Assembly: GCA_951406725.2 (NCBI GenBank)
Contig: OX597826.1
Coordinates: 27,528,001-27,592,000 of the forward strand
Reading direction: 5' to 3'
DNA length: 64,000 nucleotides
Source of the DNA: Octopus vulgaris
Lineage: Eukaryota
Part shown: positions 14,432 to 27,689 of the stretch, piece after piece
Layout: every line of letters starts with the position of its first letter
Position numbering within the stretch: position 1 is the stretch's first letter
Translations under genes and position numbers: made by a program
Notes under the pieces: model-generated
Told to the model about the DNA's origin: nothing
The model's database searches: none
Seen by the model: the letters and a program-made list of their open reading frames with translations, nothing else

Positions 14432-15231
14432 GTATCGGTGATATAGTTGTATTGTATTGTAATTCTTGTTGTTGCTGTTATTATATGCGTTATCATTATC
14501 GTTTTTTTCTAGGTGTCGGTAATGTTATGATATTTAAATTTTTATTTATTACATGTTTAATTTGTTGTTGCTTTTTCGTCATATTTAAAATTTGTTATTT
14601 ATTTTGTTATTGTTGTTTATTTTGTTTACTATATTTCTGTTTGACCAGTATTGAAAAACGATGTTTGTCTTATTCAAACAACAACGAGAAAAAAAAAACA
14701 CAAAAAAAAAACGAAAAGAAGAGAAAATCAGAACGAAAAAAAATAATGAAATGGTCTCAGACTACACACAGATTTCGTTGCATGAGTCAAACGTGTTTCT
14801 GTTACATTAACGTTAAAATGGATATGGGGCTTCAGGTCTCTTTCCTGTATGGTTCATTCTTTTGTCCGTTTCGATTTTTGCAACTGAAAACTGCATAATC
14901 ATGTATAGAAACAACAGCAACAAAGAAACACACACATAATCAATAGCAGAAAGTAATAAAATTGTAGTGTATCGATAAACGCGTTAGATTCTACTGAGAG
15001 ACAGAAAGAAATGACTGTGAAATTCCGTTTTCTGTTTTTATTTTTTTCGCGTGGCGTATTCGTAGAAGAAACTGCCCACTAATTTACAAGTTTTAACCAC
15101 GAGACTATGATGATGGTTGCATGCAGTTGCTCAAAATAGCACCCAGATATCCTTTAGATATCTTTTACTGCTTTTTAGTCATTAGGCTGCGGCCAAGCTT
15201 CAGCAAACTCTTGAGGAATTTGTAGTTAAAT

Positions 15232-15408
15232 AGGTGCAGGAGTGGCTCTGTGGTAAGAAACTTGCTTTCCAGCCAGATGCTTCCGGGTTCAGTCCTACTT
15301 TCGTGGCAACTTCGGCAAGTGTCTTCTACTATAGCCTCGGGCTGACCAAAGGCTTGTGAGTGGATTTGGTAGAGGGAAACTGAGAGAATCCTATCATATA
15401 TATATATG

Positions 15409-15439
<31 letters not shown>

Positions 15440-15692
15440 AAGGGCGGAGGAGTGGGTGGATAGTAAGAAGCTCGCTTCCCAACCAGATGGAATCTTGGGC
15501 TAGTGTCTTCCATTATAGCCTCGGGCCGACCAAAGATTTGTGAGTGTGTTACTTAGCGGTTCGGCAAAAGAGACCGATAGAATAAGTACTGGGCTTACAA
15601 AGAATAAGTCCCGGGGACGATTTGATCGACTAAAGGCGGTGCTCCAGCATGGCCGCAGTCAAATGACTGAAACAAGTAAAAGAGTAAAAGAG

Positions 15693-15751
<59 letters not shown>

Positions 15752-15890
15752 GTGTCTGTGTGTCTGTGTGTGTGTATATATGTATGTATTTGTGTCTGTG
15801 TTTGTCCCCACCACCATCGTTTAACAACCGATGCTGGAGTGTTTACGTCCTTACAAGTTCACTGTTCGGCAAAAGAAACCGATAAGTACT
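15232..15890 (+). mobile_element. Cluster of partial tRNA-derived SINE family B copies
   Basis: Head ggtgcaggagtggctctgtggtaag...ccgggttcagtcc, CORE-like ggcaagtgtctt, tail gctccagcatggccgcagtcaaatgactgaaacaag. Confidence 0.85.
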
Positions 15891-15894
15891 AGGG

Positions 15895-16690
15895 TTTCAA
15901 AGTCATGGTGACACTTGGGTTGGGGGTCGTCCCTCAAGAATCACCGGGTATTTGCAACCATCCATTTAAAAAAATTCTGGAAAAACCAGATTCTCGGATG
16001 ATTGGGTCCGGATGGTCAAAACAGCTTTTGACCCAACCCAATCAGTTGCCGGCAAAATTTCTACATTAAGCAGCTTGGATGCACTGCCACCCGGACCACA
16101 GCGGATAGTGCCCTCTATCCACTCGGGTTCTATCCCAGGTGGAAACCCGCAGACCCGAGCTCTTGTCAACTTCTTCCCACCATACGAGGAAAGAAACAAA
16201 ATCTCTTTGCCCTCTAAGGGCTAACTCACAAAGTTGCGAGCCTCCTCAGGGGTGTCAAATAGCAACCATATTTGACCCCTCTGAAGATGAATTTAATAGC
16301 TGGCAAATACCCAATTTGAGTCTTTTGAAAGAGGGTGATGGTATCGATCGACTTTGAGTAAGTCCTTAACACCACCGTCATCTCTTCAAAGTCTTTCATC
16401 CATTGTTTGGGTGGGACAATTTCCCACTCCAACGCAGTATTGTTTGTCTTTTTCGCTCTGTTTTTTTTCTTTGGAAAAAGTTCACAAAAAACCAAAGTTC
16501 ACAGAATTTTAAAAATGCAGGAAGAAAGGAAGAAGACAAGAAACAGTTCCAAAACACAGCAAAGTATTTTGGCTGTCCTGGCCAACTCGGTAATCCTCTT
16601 GGTAAGGGCCAAAAACAGTCACACAACAATTTCACCAAAAAAAGGTACAAAATGAGCACAATTATAGTAGGAGGGATACACCCCCAAAAC
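15895..16690 (-). mobile_element. Probable L1/Tx1-type LINE 5' region with broken ORF1
   Basis: Unique-sequence block with consecutive broken minus-strand ORFs (16226-16495, 15966-16199: SSYGGKKLTRARVCGFPPGIEPEWI). The resemblance to gag-like ORF1 is from recall only. Confidence 0.4.
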
Positions 16691-16722
16691 ACACACACAC
16701 ATATATATACATATATACATAG

Positions 16723-16800
<78 letters not shown>

Positions 16801-17002
16801 ATATGTATATCAATATAAATTTACATAGCATATCTACTCGCATACATATCTTATCTCTATATACACACACATCCACACACATAAATATATATATATTTAC
16901 ATATACATCCTTTTCTAGCCATCCAATCATCGATCAAGAATTTCTATCTGCCTATCATTCTCTCTCTCTCTCTCTGTATATATATGTGTATATATATATG
17001 TA

Positions 17003-17048
<46 letters not shown>

Positions 17049-17071
17049 AATGCAAAAATACATACATATGC

Positions 17072-17116
<45 letters not shown>

Positions 17117-17242
17117 CTTGCATACATATTTATTTGTGTCTGTGTGTTGGGAGTGAGCTAATGTATCTAACAGTGATAGAATACCATTCTTTCTGTTTGC
17201 ACATATACTCGTGTGTATGAATGCACATAAACAGCCACACAC

Positions 17243-17312
<70 letters not shown>

Positions 17313-18563
17313 ATACACATTCATACACACGCACACACATTTATATATATCCATCTAACTAGGAAACTATCTACATACAAATTTATTTATATACGTGTGT
17401 CTGTGTATGTGTTTGTGTAGGAGCGGTGTAATAACTTGTTGAATTTAGTTGTTATAGTATGCGATTTCTTCCAATTTTCAAAGTGTCCAATATAGCGAAT
17501 CAAAATACGATTGTCTCTCAAGATTCCCATCATATCACTTTTATTATTAGTCCACAGCGTTACTATTAATGCCTGGAATTTGTGGCCTATACACATCGAC
17601 GTCTCTCGTGTTATTTCGATTTGAACATATTCAATCTTTGTTCCATCTTCGACCATTAATTTCTACAAGAATATATTCTAAGATTTTCTATCAGAGTGCA
17701 ACGGCTTTTCTCAGAAATTCTGTATCCATGTCTACTTGATTTCTTTTGATATATTGCGTATTCTGAATAGGCAACTGCTACAAGCTTATCATAATCCTAA
17801 TACATCCGTCTATATTGATGACTGGTTGCATTGTGTTTTACGCTACATGCTACCTATGAAATACATCCAATATTTTTATTACTGTTCCATAGAATGGCAT
17901 CGGGCGGTAGCGGCGTTAAGCGCGGCATTTTAGCATGCTTTATATACTGCGATAAAGGTAGTGAGCTGAGCTGGCAGAATATTTAATACGTCGAAGAAAA
18001 TACGGAGCGTCGTTTCGTCCTTCTTTATGCTCTAAGTACAAATTCCGTATGTGTGTGTGTGTTTGTTCATGTTTGCGTGTGCATTTTCCCACTGTTACTA
18101 ATCCTCTAAAATGCACCACGCACACATACATACACACATGTATATAACAAAAGAAAACATTCTTTTCCCCAATCAACTCTAGATTCCTTCAATTATCTCA
18201 CATATATATAAAGGGCATACATTTTCTGTAAAGATATCATTTGTGATGAATCTCTGAGACGAGATGGAGATGCTCAATAAATAATTATCCAAAATCTTGA
18301 CTACTTTCTTTTTATTAACCCATCAGCGCCCATGGTCTCTTTTTTTAGGACCAGAAGGATAATCCATCGTATTTCTCCATCAACTGAATTTTTTTTTTTT
18401 TGAGATACCTTTAGTTCGTCATCAAGACTGGAGTGGCTTTCAAATATTACACCTACTTTCTGATGTGTATTGGCAACACTAATGAAATTGTATGACAAAA
18501 AGGTTTTTGGTAATAAATACAAGGAAAAGATTGGTCACCAATGGCATAATATATAAAATCAGT

Positions 18564-18870
18564 AAGGCGGCGATCTTGACAGATACGTTAGCACGCCAGG
18601 CGAAATGCTTAGCGGTGTTTGGTATGTCTTTCCATTCTGAGTTCAATTTCATCTTTTCGGGGTCGATAAATTAAGTACCAGTTGCGTCCTGGGGTCGATC
18701 TAATCGATTGGCACCCTACCCCTAAATTTCACACCTCGTACCTATCGTGGAAAAGAATATATAAAATCTGTACACCAATTCAAACATTGACTTCCATCCT
18801 TTCGGGGTCGATCAAATGAGTACCAGTAGGGGTCGATGTTATCACCAAAATTCCCCACTCAGAATTGTTG
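18564..18870 (+). mobile_element. SINE family A copy plus fragment
   Basis: Head aaggcggcgatcttgacagatacgttagcacgccaggcgaaatgcttagcgg and core ttcggggtcgataaattaagtaccag. Confidence 0.8.
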
Positions 18871-19064
18871 GACTTGTATTTAAACGGTGTTTCGTGAATC
18901 CAGAGTCGGAGGGTCGATTAAATGCGAAAAGGCCAGGTAATGCGAGCTAATTATATGGTTGTGGACATTTAGCGAAACTGTGTGACTTTTTGCTACAACA
19001 TACAACATTTGGTTACATTTTGTTAAGCTTTATGTCCGAATCCTGCCTTGCATCTGTATAATGC

Positions 19065-19116
<52 letters not shown>

Positions 19117-19249
19117 ATACACGCACACTCATGTATATAATATATATATATATACATGTAAGTACATATATATGACATTTGATATATATGTGTGTATATA
19201 TGTATATACATATATATACATACATATATAAGTGTGTGTATGTATATAT

Positions 19250-19309
<60 letters not shown>

Positions 19310-20416
19310 TTACATATAATATGTATTTGTGTGTGCATGGGTGCATGTGTGTGTATATATTTGCATGTATATTTGTGTGGTTACTGCAATTTTTGCATGT
19401 TGTATACAATAATGTGAGAATAAGACGATACATTTAGGCATCCATTCCCAAAATCATAATCGTCATCGTCTTCATCACCACCACCACCACCACCACCACC
19501 ACCATCATCATCATCAACACCAATACCGTCACCAGCATCATCAACCATATCGACCACTACCATCACCACCATCACCACCACTACCATCACCACCACCACC
19601 ACCACCACCACCACCACCACCATCATTATGGTCATTATTATAACATCATTATTAGCAATAATGCAAATGAAATGATGTGAATAAAGACAATATCATGTGC
19701 AATACTGATACACATAGAATTGATGTTGTTATTAATACTCTCGATAATGTAAACTATGCAACATTAACAACAATAGCGACATCAATTCTATAGAAGCATC
19801 ACACGTGATTTTACAATTATTTTATTGCGACTATAAAATTCTATATCTCACGTGTGCATTCGTACATATAATGCATACATATACATTCATACATGCATAC
19901 ATACATACATACATACATACATACATACATACATACATACATACATACATACATACATACATACATGCATGCATTCAGATAGACAGTAAGACAGGCAGAT
20001 TGACAGACATATACAATATATCCATCCGTATATCTTTGTAAATTTTCTAAGGCAAATCTTAATCAAATTTATCGATTATTAAATTAATGAAAGTTAAATT
20101 GTTTTCCAAGTCATTCAACTTAATATAAGACGCTGTCTTTTATTCTTATATGCTTGTTTATACGTTTCAGTTACTAGACAACGGCCATGCTGGAGCACTA
20201 ACTTGAAATTGCTACACGAACAAACCAGCCTCGATAATTTTATATCTGATACTAACATCTGAACTTACCGGAAAACGTTTATAGTGGCAAAATTATGACA
20301 AATATTATGGTAACAAATACATATACAACAAATATAACCGTTCTTATATATATATATATATATATATACACGCACACGCAAGCGCACACATGCACACATA
20401 TTCAACACTTACATAC

Positions 20417-20458
<42 letters not shown>

Positions 20459-20460
<2 letters not shown>

Positions 20461-21175
20461 ATAATTAGTGAATGGAAGAAATGGAGTTGAACGAAGATTG
20501 TACAGAATTCCTTTTATTACATTCTACACATGTTTCAAAGGCCACAATTTTCCAAATTCTGATTAAATAAGGATACCATATTGCAGCTTTCTCTTCAGGA
20601 AAAACCAGGAATTACGTTGTCAGAACAAAACAAAACAAAGGCGCAGCAAAGCAATTCGAACGAGGACGCTCCTTAAGAGCCCATGGGTAAAATGTTTATC
20701 AATGTACGTTGAAATCGGGGGCAATTTGAAATTTGTTGGTGGGGGCCGACAAAAAGGTCCGTTGGAATAAATCAACGTACATTGATAAACATTTTACCCA
20801 TGGGCTCTTAAGGAGCGTCCTCGTTCGAATTGCTTTGCTGCGCCTTTGTTTTGTTTTGTTCTGACAACGTAATTCCTGGTTTTTCCTGAAGAGAAAGCTG
20901 CAATATGGTATCCTTATTTAATCAGAATTTGGAAAATTGTGGCCTTTGAAACATGTGTAGAATGTAATAAAAGGAATTCTGTACAATCTTCGTTCAACTC
21001 CATTTCTTCCATTCACTAATTATATTAAACTTCAATTATCCGCGCCAACGCACGGTTGCAACACCATATGGTCATATCTCCAACCGTGTTTTTTCTGCTG
21101 TGATTTTTGCTACCCAGGTATCGGTTAAACTTTTGAATAATCCGTAACAAGATAATTCATCTTTCCATTTCAACA
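20459..21175. mobile_element. Penelope-like element terminal fragment in inverted configuration
   Basis: 254-bp arms 20459-20712 and 20772-21025 are reverse complements with no indels; each contains a hammerhead-like motif followed by AATAAA. Confidence 0.7.
20883..20962 (+). ncRNA. Putative minimal type I hammerhead ribozyme (mirror copy 20522-20601 on minus strand)
   Basis: ttc-CTGAAGA-GAAAGCTGCAAT...ATTGTGGCCTTT-GAAA-C-ATGT-GTA-gaa: intact core, 12-position stem II with one mismatch, minimal stem III with palindromic ACATGT, GUA cleavage triplet, short stem I. Confidence 0.6.
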
Positions 21176-21252
<77 letters not shown>

Positions 21253-21255
<3 letters not shown>

Positions 21256-21948
21256 GGTCCCGGGTTGAGTCGGGGTTAACCACAGTAAATAAGGTACTCA
21301 ATACATAGCAGAGTAAAGTAATTTATTTTATAGAAGGAGCTTCTACAGGACTAGAACTGTTTCATTCAGATGAAATCTTCAGGAAGCTGGCTGTCAAAAT
21401 AAGTACTGGTATTTATGCATTTAGGCAGATTTAATGGAGTGGTGGTGGCAGGGGGGACGTTTTTTGGGTAGGTTGGTATTTATTTTGGGTAGGTTGGTAT
21501 TTAGGAGATAAACAGGGCACAAGCTATTGTTCTTAGGGGAGTGGTCAAAAGGCCAGAGTGTTTTTGAATCAGTGAGAAAATAAATAAATGAATAAATAGA
21601 ATAAATGAATAGAAACCCCAAGAATAGTATTTCAACAGATATATGGGATGGGATTTTAGGTAAATTAGAAGACAATTGCTTTTTGGTGGTCAGGAGGAGG
21701 TAGGCAGTTTGTTATTGTTAGGTGGAGGGAATAAATAGATAAATATACATGAAAAACCATAAAAAACATAAAAGAATATATAAAAAAATAAAAAATAAAT
21801 ATACATACAAACACATACATACACATGCGAATATACATACATACATACATACATACATATGTATATTCGCATGTGTATATATGTGTTTGTATGTATATTT
21901 ATTTTGTATTTTTTATATATTCTTTTATGTTTTTTATGGTTTTTCATG
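21253..21948 (-). mobile_element. Second Penelope-like terminal fragment with terminal foldback
   Basis: Contains the hammerhead motif at 21338-21388 with an AT-rich ataaataaa tract just downstream, and a ~92-bp-arm inverted repeat at 21748-21948. Confidence 0.55.
21338..21388 (-). ncRNA. Putative type I hammerhead ribozyme
   Basis: Minus strand AGCTTC-CTGAAGA-tTTCatctGAAt-GAA-ACAG-ttctagtc-CTGT-A-GAAGCT: perfect 6-bp stem I, 4-bp stem III, GUA triplet, short stem II closed by U-U. Confidence 0.65.
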
Positions 21949-22999
21949 ACGACGATGATGACGATGATGATGATGAGGAGGAGGAGGATGATAATGATGA
22001 TGATGACGACGACGACGACGATGATGATGATGAGGAGGAGGAGGAGGAGGAGGAGGGGGAGGATGAAGTTGAAGATGATGATGAAGATCACGATGATGGA
22101 TAAATTTTGCGATGATTACGGTGATGGTGACGGTTGACGCGATGACGTTGATGGCATAGATGATGATGAATGTGAGTACGGTGGGAGGGTGCAGATGACT
22201 TGAAAGATCTTTATCCTCGTCCTAAACACAATCCTCATTCATCGTTATCGTCCTCACAGTAGCAATGACGATGATGATGATGATGATGATGATGTTGTTT
22301 TAAGGAAACACAAGTTGACTGAGAAGAGGACAAAGATCGTGATAACGATGATTCTTATTATGTTGTTGAAGAAGCAGGTGGTGGTTGTGGTGGCGAGGGT
22401 TAAGATTGTGGTGACGATAACGGCGATGACGATGTGCTCAATGGCGTTGATGACATGGGTGATGCCCAAGGTATTCAGAATGAGGTTAATAAAGACGATG
22501 TTGCTGATGTCGGTGGTGGTGGTGGTGGCGGTGGTGGTGGTGGTGGTGGTGGTGGTGATGGTGGTGATGGTGGTGATGGTGGTGGTTGTTGTGATGGTAG
22601 TGGAGATTGTGGTTGTAGTGGTGGTAGTGGTGGTGATGGTGGTGGCTGTGGTGGAGGTGGTTGTGGTGATGGTGGTGGTGCTGTTTGTAGTGGTGGCAAC
22701 GGCTGCATTGTTGGTGGAGGTGGTATTGATGGTGGTTGTGGCGGTGGTGGTGTTGATGATAGTGATTGTGGCGGTGGTGGTGGTGGTTGTGGTGGTAGTG
22801 GTAGTGGTATGACAGAGGAACTAATGTTGGATTTGGGTAAAAGATTACGGAGATGAAGTGCGATAAGTTGACGTGAGCAATGATGAGAAGGAAGAACAAG
22901 CACAGCAAAAGCAAGCAAGAAGACGACGTGAGCTACGATGACCACAAGAGCAAAGAGTAACGTGGAAAAAGAAAATGAAAAAGTAGGTGTACGAATGGA

Positions 23000-23386
23000 A
23001 GGAGGAGGAGAAGAAGAAGAAGAAGAAGAAGAAGAAGAAGAAAAAGAAAAGAAGAGGAAGGAGAAGAAGAAGAAGAAGAAGAAGAAGAAGAAGAAGAAAA
23101 GAAGAAAAGAAGGAGAAGAAGAAGAAGAAGAAGAAGAAGAAGAAGAAAAAGAAGGAGGAGAAGAAGACGAAGAAGAAGAAGAAGACGAAGAAAAGAAGGA
23201 GAAGAAGAAGAAGAAGAAGAAAAAGAAGGAGGAGAAGAAGACGAAGAAGAAGAAGGAGAAGAAGAAGAAGAAGAAGAAGAAGAAGAAGAAGAAGAAGAAG
23301 AAGAAGAAGAAGAAGAAGAAGAAGAAGAAGAAGAAGAAGAAGAAGAAGAAGAAGAAGAAGAAGAAGAAGAAGAAGAAGAAGAAGAA
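23000..23386. repeat. (GAA)n polypurine microsatellite
   Basis: Visible ~390-bp run of almost pure purines. Confidence 0.95.
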
Positions 23387-23720
23387 GGCTGCGATGTTTC
23401 TGCAGACGTTGTTGTTGATGACGAAGATGACAATGATGATGACGACGATGATGATGAGCAGCGGCAGCAGCAGCGGAATTATCATTGTTTTATGATGTCG
23501 ATGGAAATGGAAGAAAATGTGCGTTCCGTTTCGCTTCAAACAAATTATCAATAGGTTTAAGAAACGATTAACCGTTACGATTTCAATATTCCCATCGATT
23601 GACAACGTTGTTCATAGTGAAGCAAGGTGAGTGAATTCCACTTTGGGGGTATGTTGGAACCGCGATGGTTTTTGATACACACACACACACACATATATAT
23701 ATATAAATATATATATGTAT

Positions 23721-23765
<45 letters not shown>

Positions 23766-23793
23766 GAATAACAAATTGAGACAAGAACGCAAA

Positions 23794-23835
<42 letters not shown>

Positions 23836-24582
23836 TTTATATACGTACATATCTATTTTCATAGATATACACACAAACACATAAATGCATACGTGCATTG
23901 TTATATCACTCAGTTATAAATATATCTCTGTATGTCTGTCTCTCTCTCTCTCTCTATGTCTCTTTGTCTTCCTCGCTGTTGTACTCTTTCTGACACATAA
24001 AGAAGCACTGAAAAATATCGACATCCAGTTACACATGCATACAAACACTTACAAAATCACGCACATACATTAATATGCACACACTCACAAACTCACAAAC
24101 ACACACACACACACACAAACACACGCATACGCATCTTGACATGCATTCTCCGTCATTCTTTCGCACTAATTTACTCATGCTTTTCCACTCTTCCTTCTCC
24201 AGACCAACACCCTCCCAAGTCCACACTCACTACCTCACTCCTCAACAAGAAATCTTACGCCCAAACCTGATCACTTATATTGTCTTCCCATCGCTGGTCT
24301 CCAGTCTTTTACAACGACCATTCTTACATCCTTTCCTAGCCGTTCCCTGACAGCCTCCTGTCTGACAGAAAAATCTCCTAACGGAAGGCAACGGACATTT
24401 TCTGCAGTGCCAAGTGCCAATATCTGAAAGACTGTTTGCCAGAATTTGAATACCGAGCAATAACAACGAGGAATACCCACATCCGTCGCCTAACACACCA
24501 CAAACCTACCCATATAGTTTCCTATTCATTTCTCTTTCACTTGTTTTTTTGAGGTTCTTTTATTATTATTATTATTATTATA

Positions 24583-24656
<74 letters not shown>

Positions 24657-24717
24657 TATTATCACTATTGTTATTAATAATATTATTATTATTATTATTT
24701 TTTTGTTATTATTATTA

Positions 24718-24847
<130 letters not shown>

Positions 24848-24919
24848 GTACTATTCTTTTGGTATCGTCTCCCTCCCAATCCCTCGAACATTTTTCAATC
24901 AATCCTCCCCCATTCTTTC

Positions 24920-24969
<50 letters not shown>

Positions 24970-25010
24970 TGTCTGTCTGTCTGCAGTCTTTCTTTTTTTC
25001 TGCTTCTCTC

Positions 25011-25075
<65 letters not shown>

Positions 25076-25279
25076 TTCTTTCTCATTACTTCGACATATC
25101 TTGCAATCATTCTATCTCAATTGCACTTTTCGTTCTTTTTCGAGACTACGTCAAGATATATAATAAAAGTGCGAATCGCGGTTATGGTAACAAGAACAAG
25201 GATATTACACGTATGCAAACACAAACACACACACACACACATATCACAAACACACACACACACACACACACACACATCA

Positions 25280-25432
<153 letters not shown>

Positions 25433-25474
25433 GCAGACAGATAGATAGATATATTACATAATATACATGCACAC

Positions 25475-25527
<53 letters not shown>

Positions 25528-25534
25528 TCGCTAT

Positions 25535-25727
25535 GATAGATTTTTAGCCACAACACACATTTTTTTTCTCTTCTTGTTTCTCTCCTTGTTTTTTCTGTGT
25601 TCCTTTCTGTAGAAGAGCGTAGGCTCGAAACGTAAAATACTTTTTCTATTCCTGAGTGTTATACTAATACATCTGTTTGTTTTGTACACCACCTGTCTTC
25701 GTCTTATGTTTTTTCGTAAACTCTACC

Positions 25728-25728
<1 letters not shown>
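25535..25728 (+). mobile_element. Dispersed Penelope-like terminal repeat with hammerhead-like variant
   Basis: cttt-CTGTAGA-aGAGCgtagGCTC-GAAACGTA-aaa; homologous copies at 54997-55172 and 59272-59481. Confidence 0.6.
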
Positions 25729-25765
<37 letters not shown>

Positions 25766-25934
25766 CGAGTAAATACGTGCATACCCATCAAATATGTGTA
25801 TGTACGTGTGTACGTGTATACATATACATATATACGTCTTTGTATTTCTAAACACAGATCGAGAGAGAGAGAGAGAGAAAACGGGGAAAGAAATAGTTTG
25901 ATAGGTTGATTAATAGGCAGATAGATAGATAAAG

Positions 25935-26004
<70 letters not shown>

Positions 26005-26199
26005 ATGGATAGATAGACAGATAGATTATTCTATGGCTGAATTGATAACTTGGTAGATACGTGTGTGTGTGTGTCTGTATACGTGAGTGTGTGTGTATGC
26101 ACATGCATGTAAGAGTGTACGAGTGATTCTCACATTTTATTAATGGAGCCACGTGTACTTTATTTTCTATGCATAAATATACATATATATAAATATACA

Positions 26200-26375
26200 T
26201 AGGCATAGGAATGGTTGTATGGTAAGTAGCTTGCTTGCGAACCACATTGTTCCGGGTTCAGTTCAACTGTGTGGCACCTTCGCCAAGTGTCTCGTTTTAT
26301 AGCATCGGGCCGACCAAAGTTTTCTGAGTGGATTTGTAGACGGAAACGGAAAGAAGCCTGACTTATATATGTATG

Positions 26376-26430
<55 letters not shown>

Positions 26431-26625
26431 TTGTGTGTCTGTATTTGTCTCCCCAACATCGCTTGACAACCCATACTGGTGTGTTTACGTCTCCGTAATT
26501 TAGCGGTACGGGAAAAGGAACCGATAGAATAAGTACTAGGCCTACAAAGAATAAGTCCTGAGATCGATTTGCTCGACTAAATGCGGTGCTCCAGCATGGC
26601 CACAGTCAAAAACTGAAACAAGTAT
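26200..26625 (+). mobile_element. SINE family B, full length with internal (TG)n
   Basis: tRNA-like head, CORE-like gtggcaccttcgccaagtgtct, tail ...gctccagcatggccacagtc. Confidence 0.85.
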
Positions 26626-26724
26626 AAACAAAAGAAAAAGAAAAAAGATTTACACCCACAAAACCATAGATGTATGCATTCTCTCTGTGTAGTCCTTTCT
26701 ACACTTTTAGATTTCTCTAAATTG

Positions 26725-26906
26725 TGGAGTGTGTGGTTGTGTCGTAGGCAGCCTGCTTCCCAAGCACATAGTTCCAGTTTCGGTCCCACCACGTGGCACC
26801 TTAGGTAGATGTGTCCTAATATAGGCTCAGGCCGACAAAAGTTTTGTACGTGGAATTGTAAGCTAGAAACTGAAAGAAGCCCGTCACATGCGTGTATGCG
26901 TATGTG

Positions 26907-26941
<35 letters not shown>

Positions 26942-27152
26942 ATGCGTATGCATTTGTGCCCCAATACCGCTTGTTAACCGGTGTTGCTGTGCTTTCGTCC
27001 CCATAACTTACGTTTCGAAAACAGAGACCGATAGAATAAATACCAGCCTTAACAGACAATAAGTACTGGGATCGATTCGTTTGACTAAAAATTTGTGAAT
27101 GCGGTGCCCCAGCATGGCCGCAGTCTAATGACTGAAACAAGTAAAAGATAAA
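26725..27152 (+). mobile_element. SINE family B, diverged full-length copy
   Basis: Same architecture as 26200-26625. Confidence 0.8.
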
Positions 27153-27210
27153 AGGTAAGCTATTTATTTAGAAACTGTTATACAACTAATCAGTGTGTCT
27201 TTTACATATA

Positions 27211-27425
27211 CGAGAGGGCGCTAGAAAGTTCCTCTCTTTGGGTGCCAAATTACAAGGGAATCATTTAATTATGATTTTATTCAACATATTACCCTGCAAG
27301 ATTCACACAGTAATTGCAGCGGCTCTTCAGTTTTTCTAAGCCCTGTAAAATAACTCAGACGTTTGGGCCTCCAACCAGGCTTTCCACGACACCCTTAAAG
27401 TCAGAAACTTTCCAGCACCCCATTG
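27211..27425 (-). mobile_element. Mariner-derived MITE or internal deletion derivative
   Basis: Imperfect TIRs (cgagagggcgctagaaagtt / aactttccagcaccccattg) flanked by TA; the interior reads AWLEAQTSELF...GLEKLKSRCNYCVNLAG*YVE*, matching the mariner C-terminus. Confidence 0.75.
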
Positions 27426-27636
27426 TACATACTTATGCATGCACGTTGGTTTACATGTGTCGTACCTTGATACTGTGTGGACTGAGATATCTGTTGACAG
27501 GCCAGCCATTGTTATTAAATTAAGTCTTAACCACTTTAATATGCTATTTACTAGTTTCACTTTTCTGAGGATACTGGATTTGTTGTATATAGAAACGGAT
27601 TGACAACTTTTCTCTCTCGGATTGGTGAGGTGTTGC

Positions 27637-27689
27637 AGACACCTCTGATGAGAATGCAATAAGTTTCGAAAATCATGTAAGGATGGTCT
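27637..27689 (+). ncRNA. Putative hammerhead ribozyme with one stem III mismatch
   Basis: agacaCCT-CTGATGA-GAAtgcaataagtTTC-GAAA-a-tcat-GTA-AGGatggtct. Confidence 0.5.

Noticed and set aside
22475-23605. Longest ORF in the track (376 aa) and overlapping poly-K/E/G/V ORFs
   Set aside because: These are translations of (GAA)n/(GGT)n microsatellites that are open in several frames on both strands, with no domain content.
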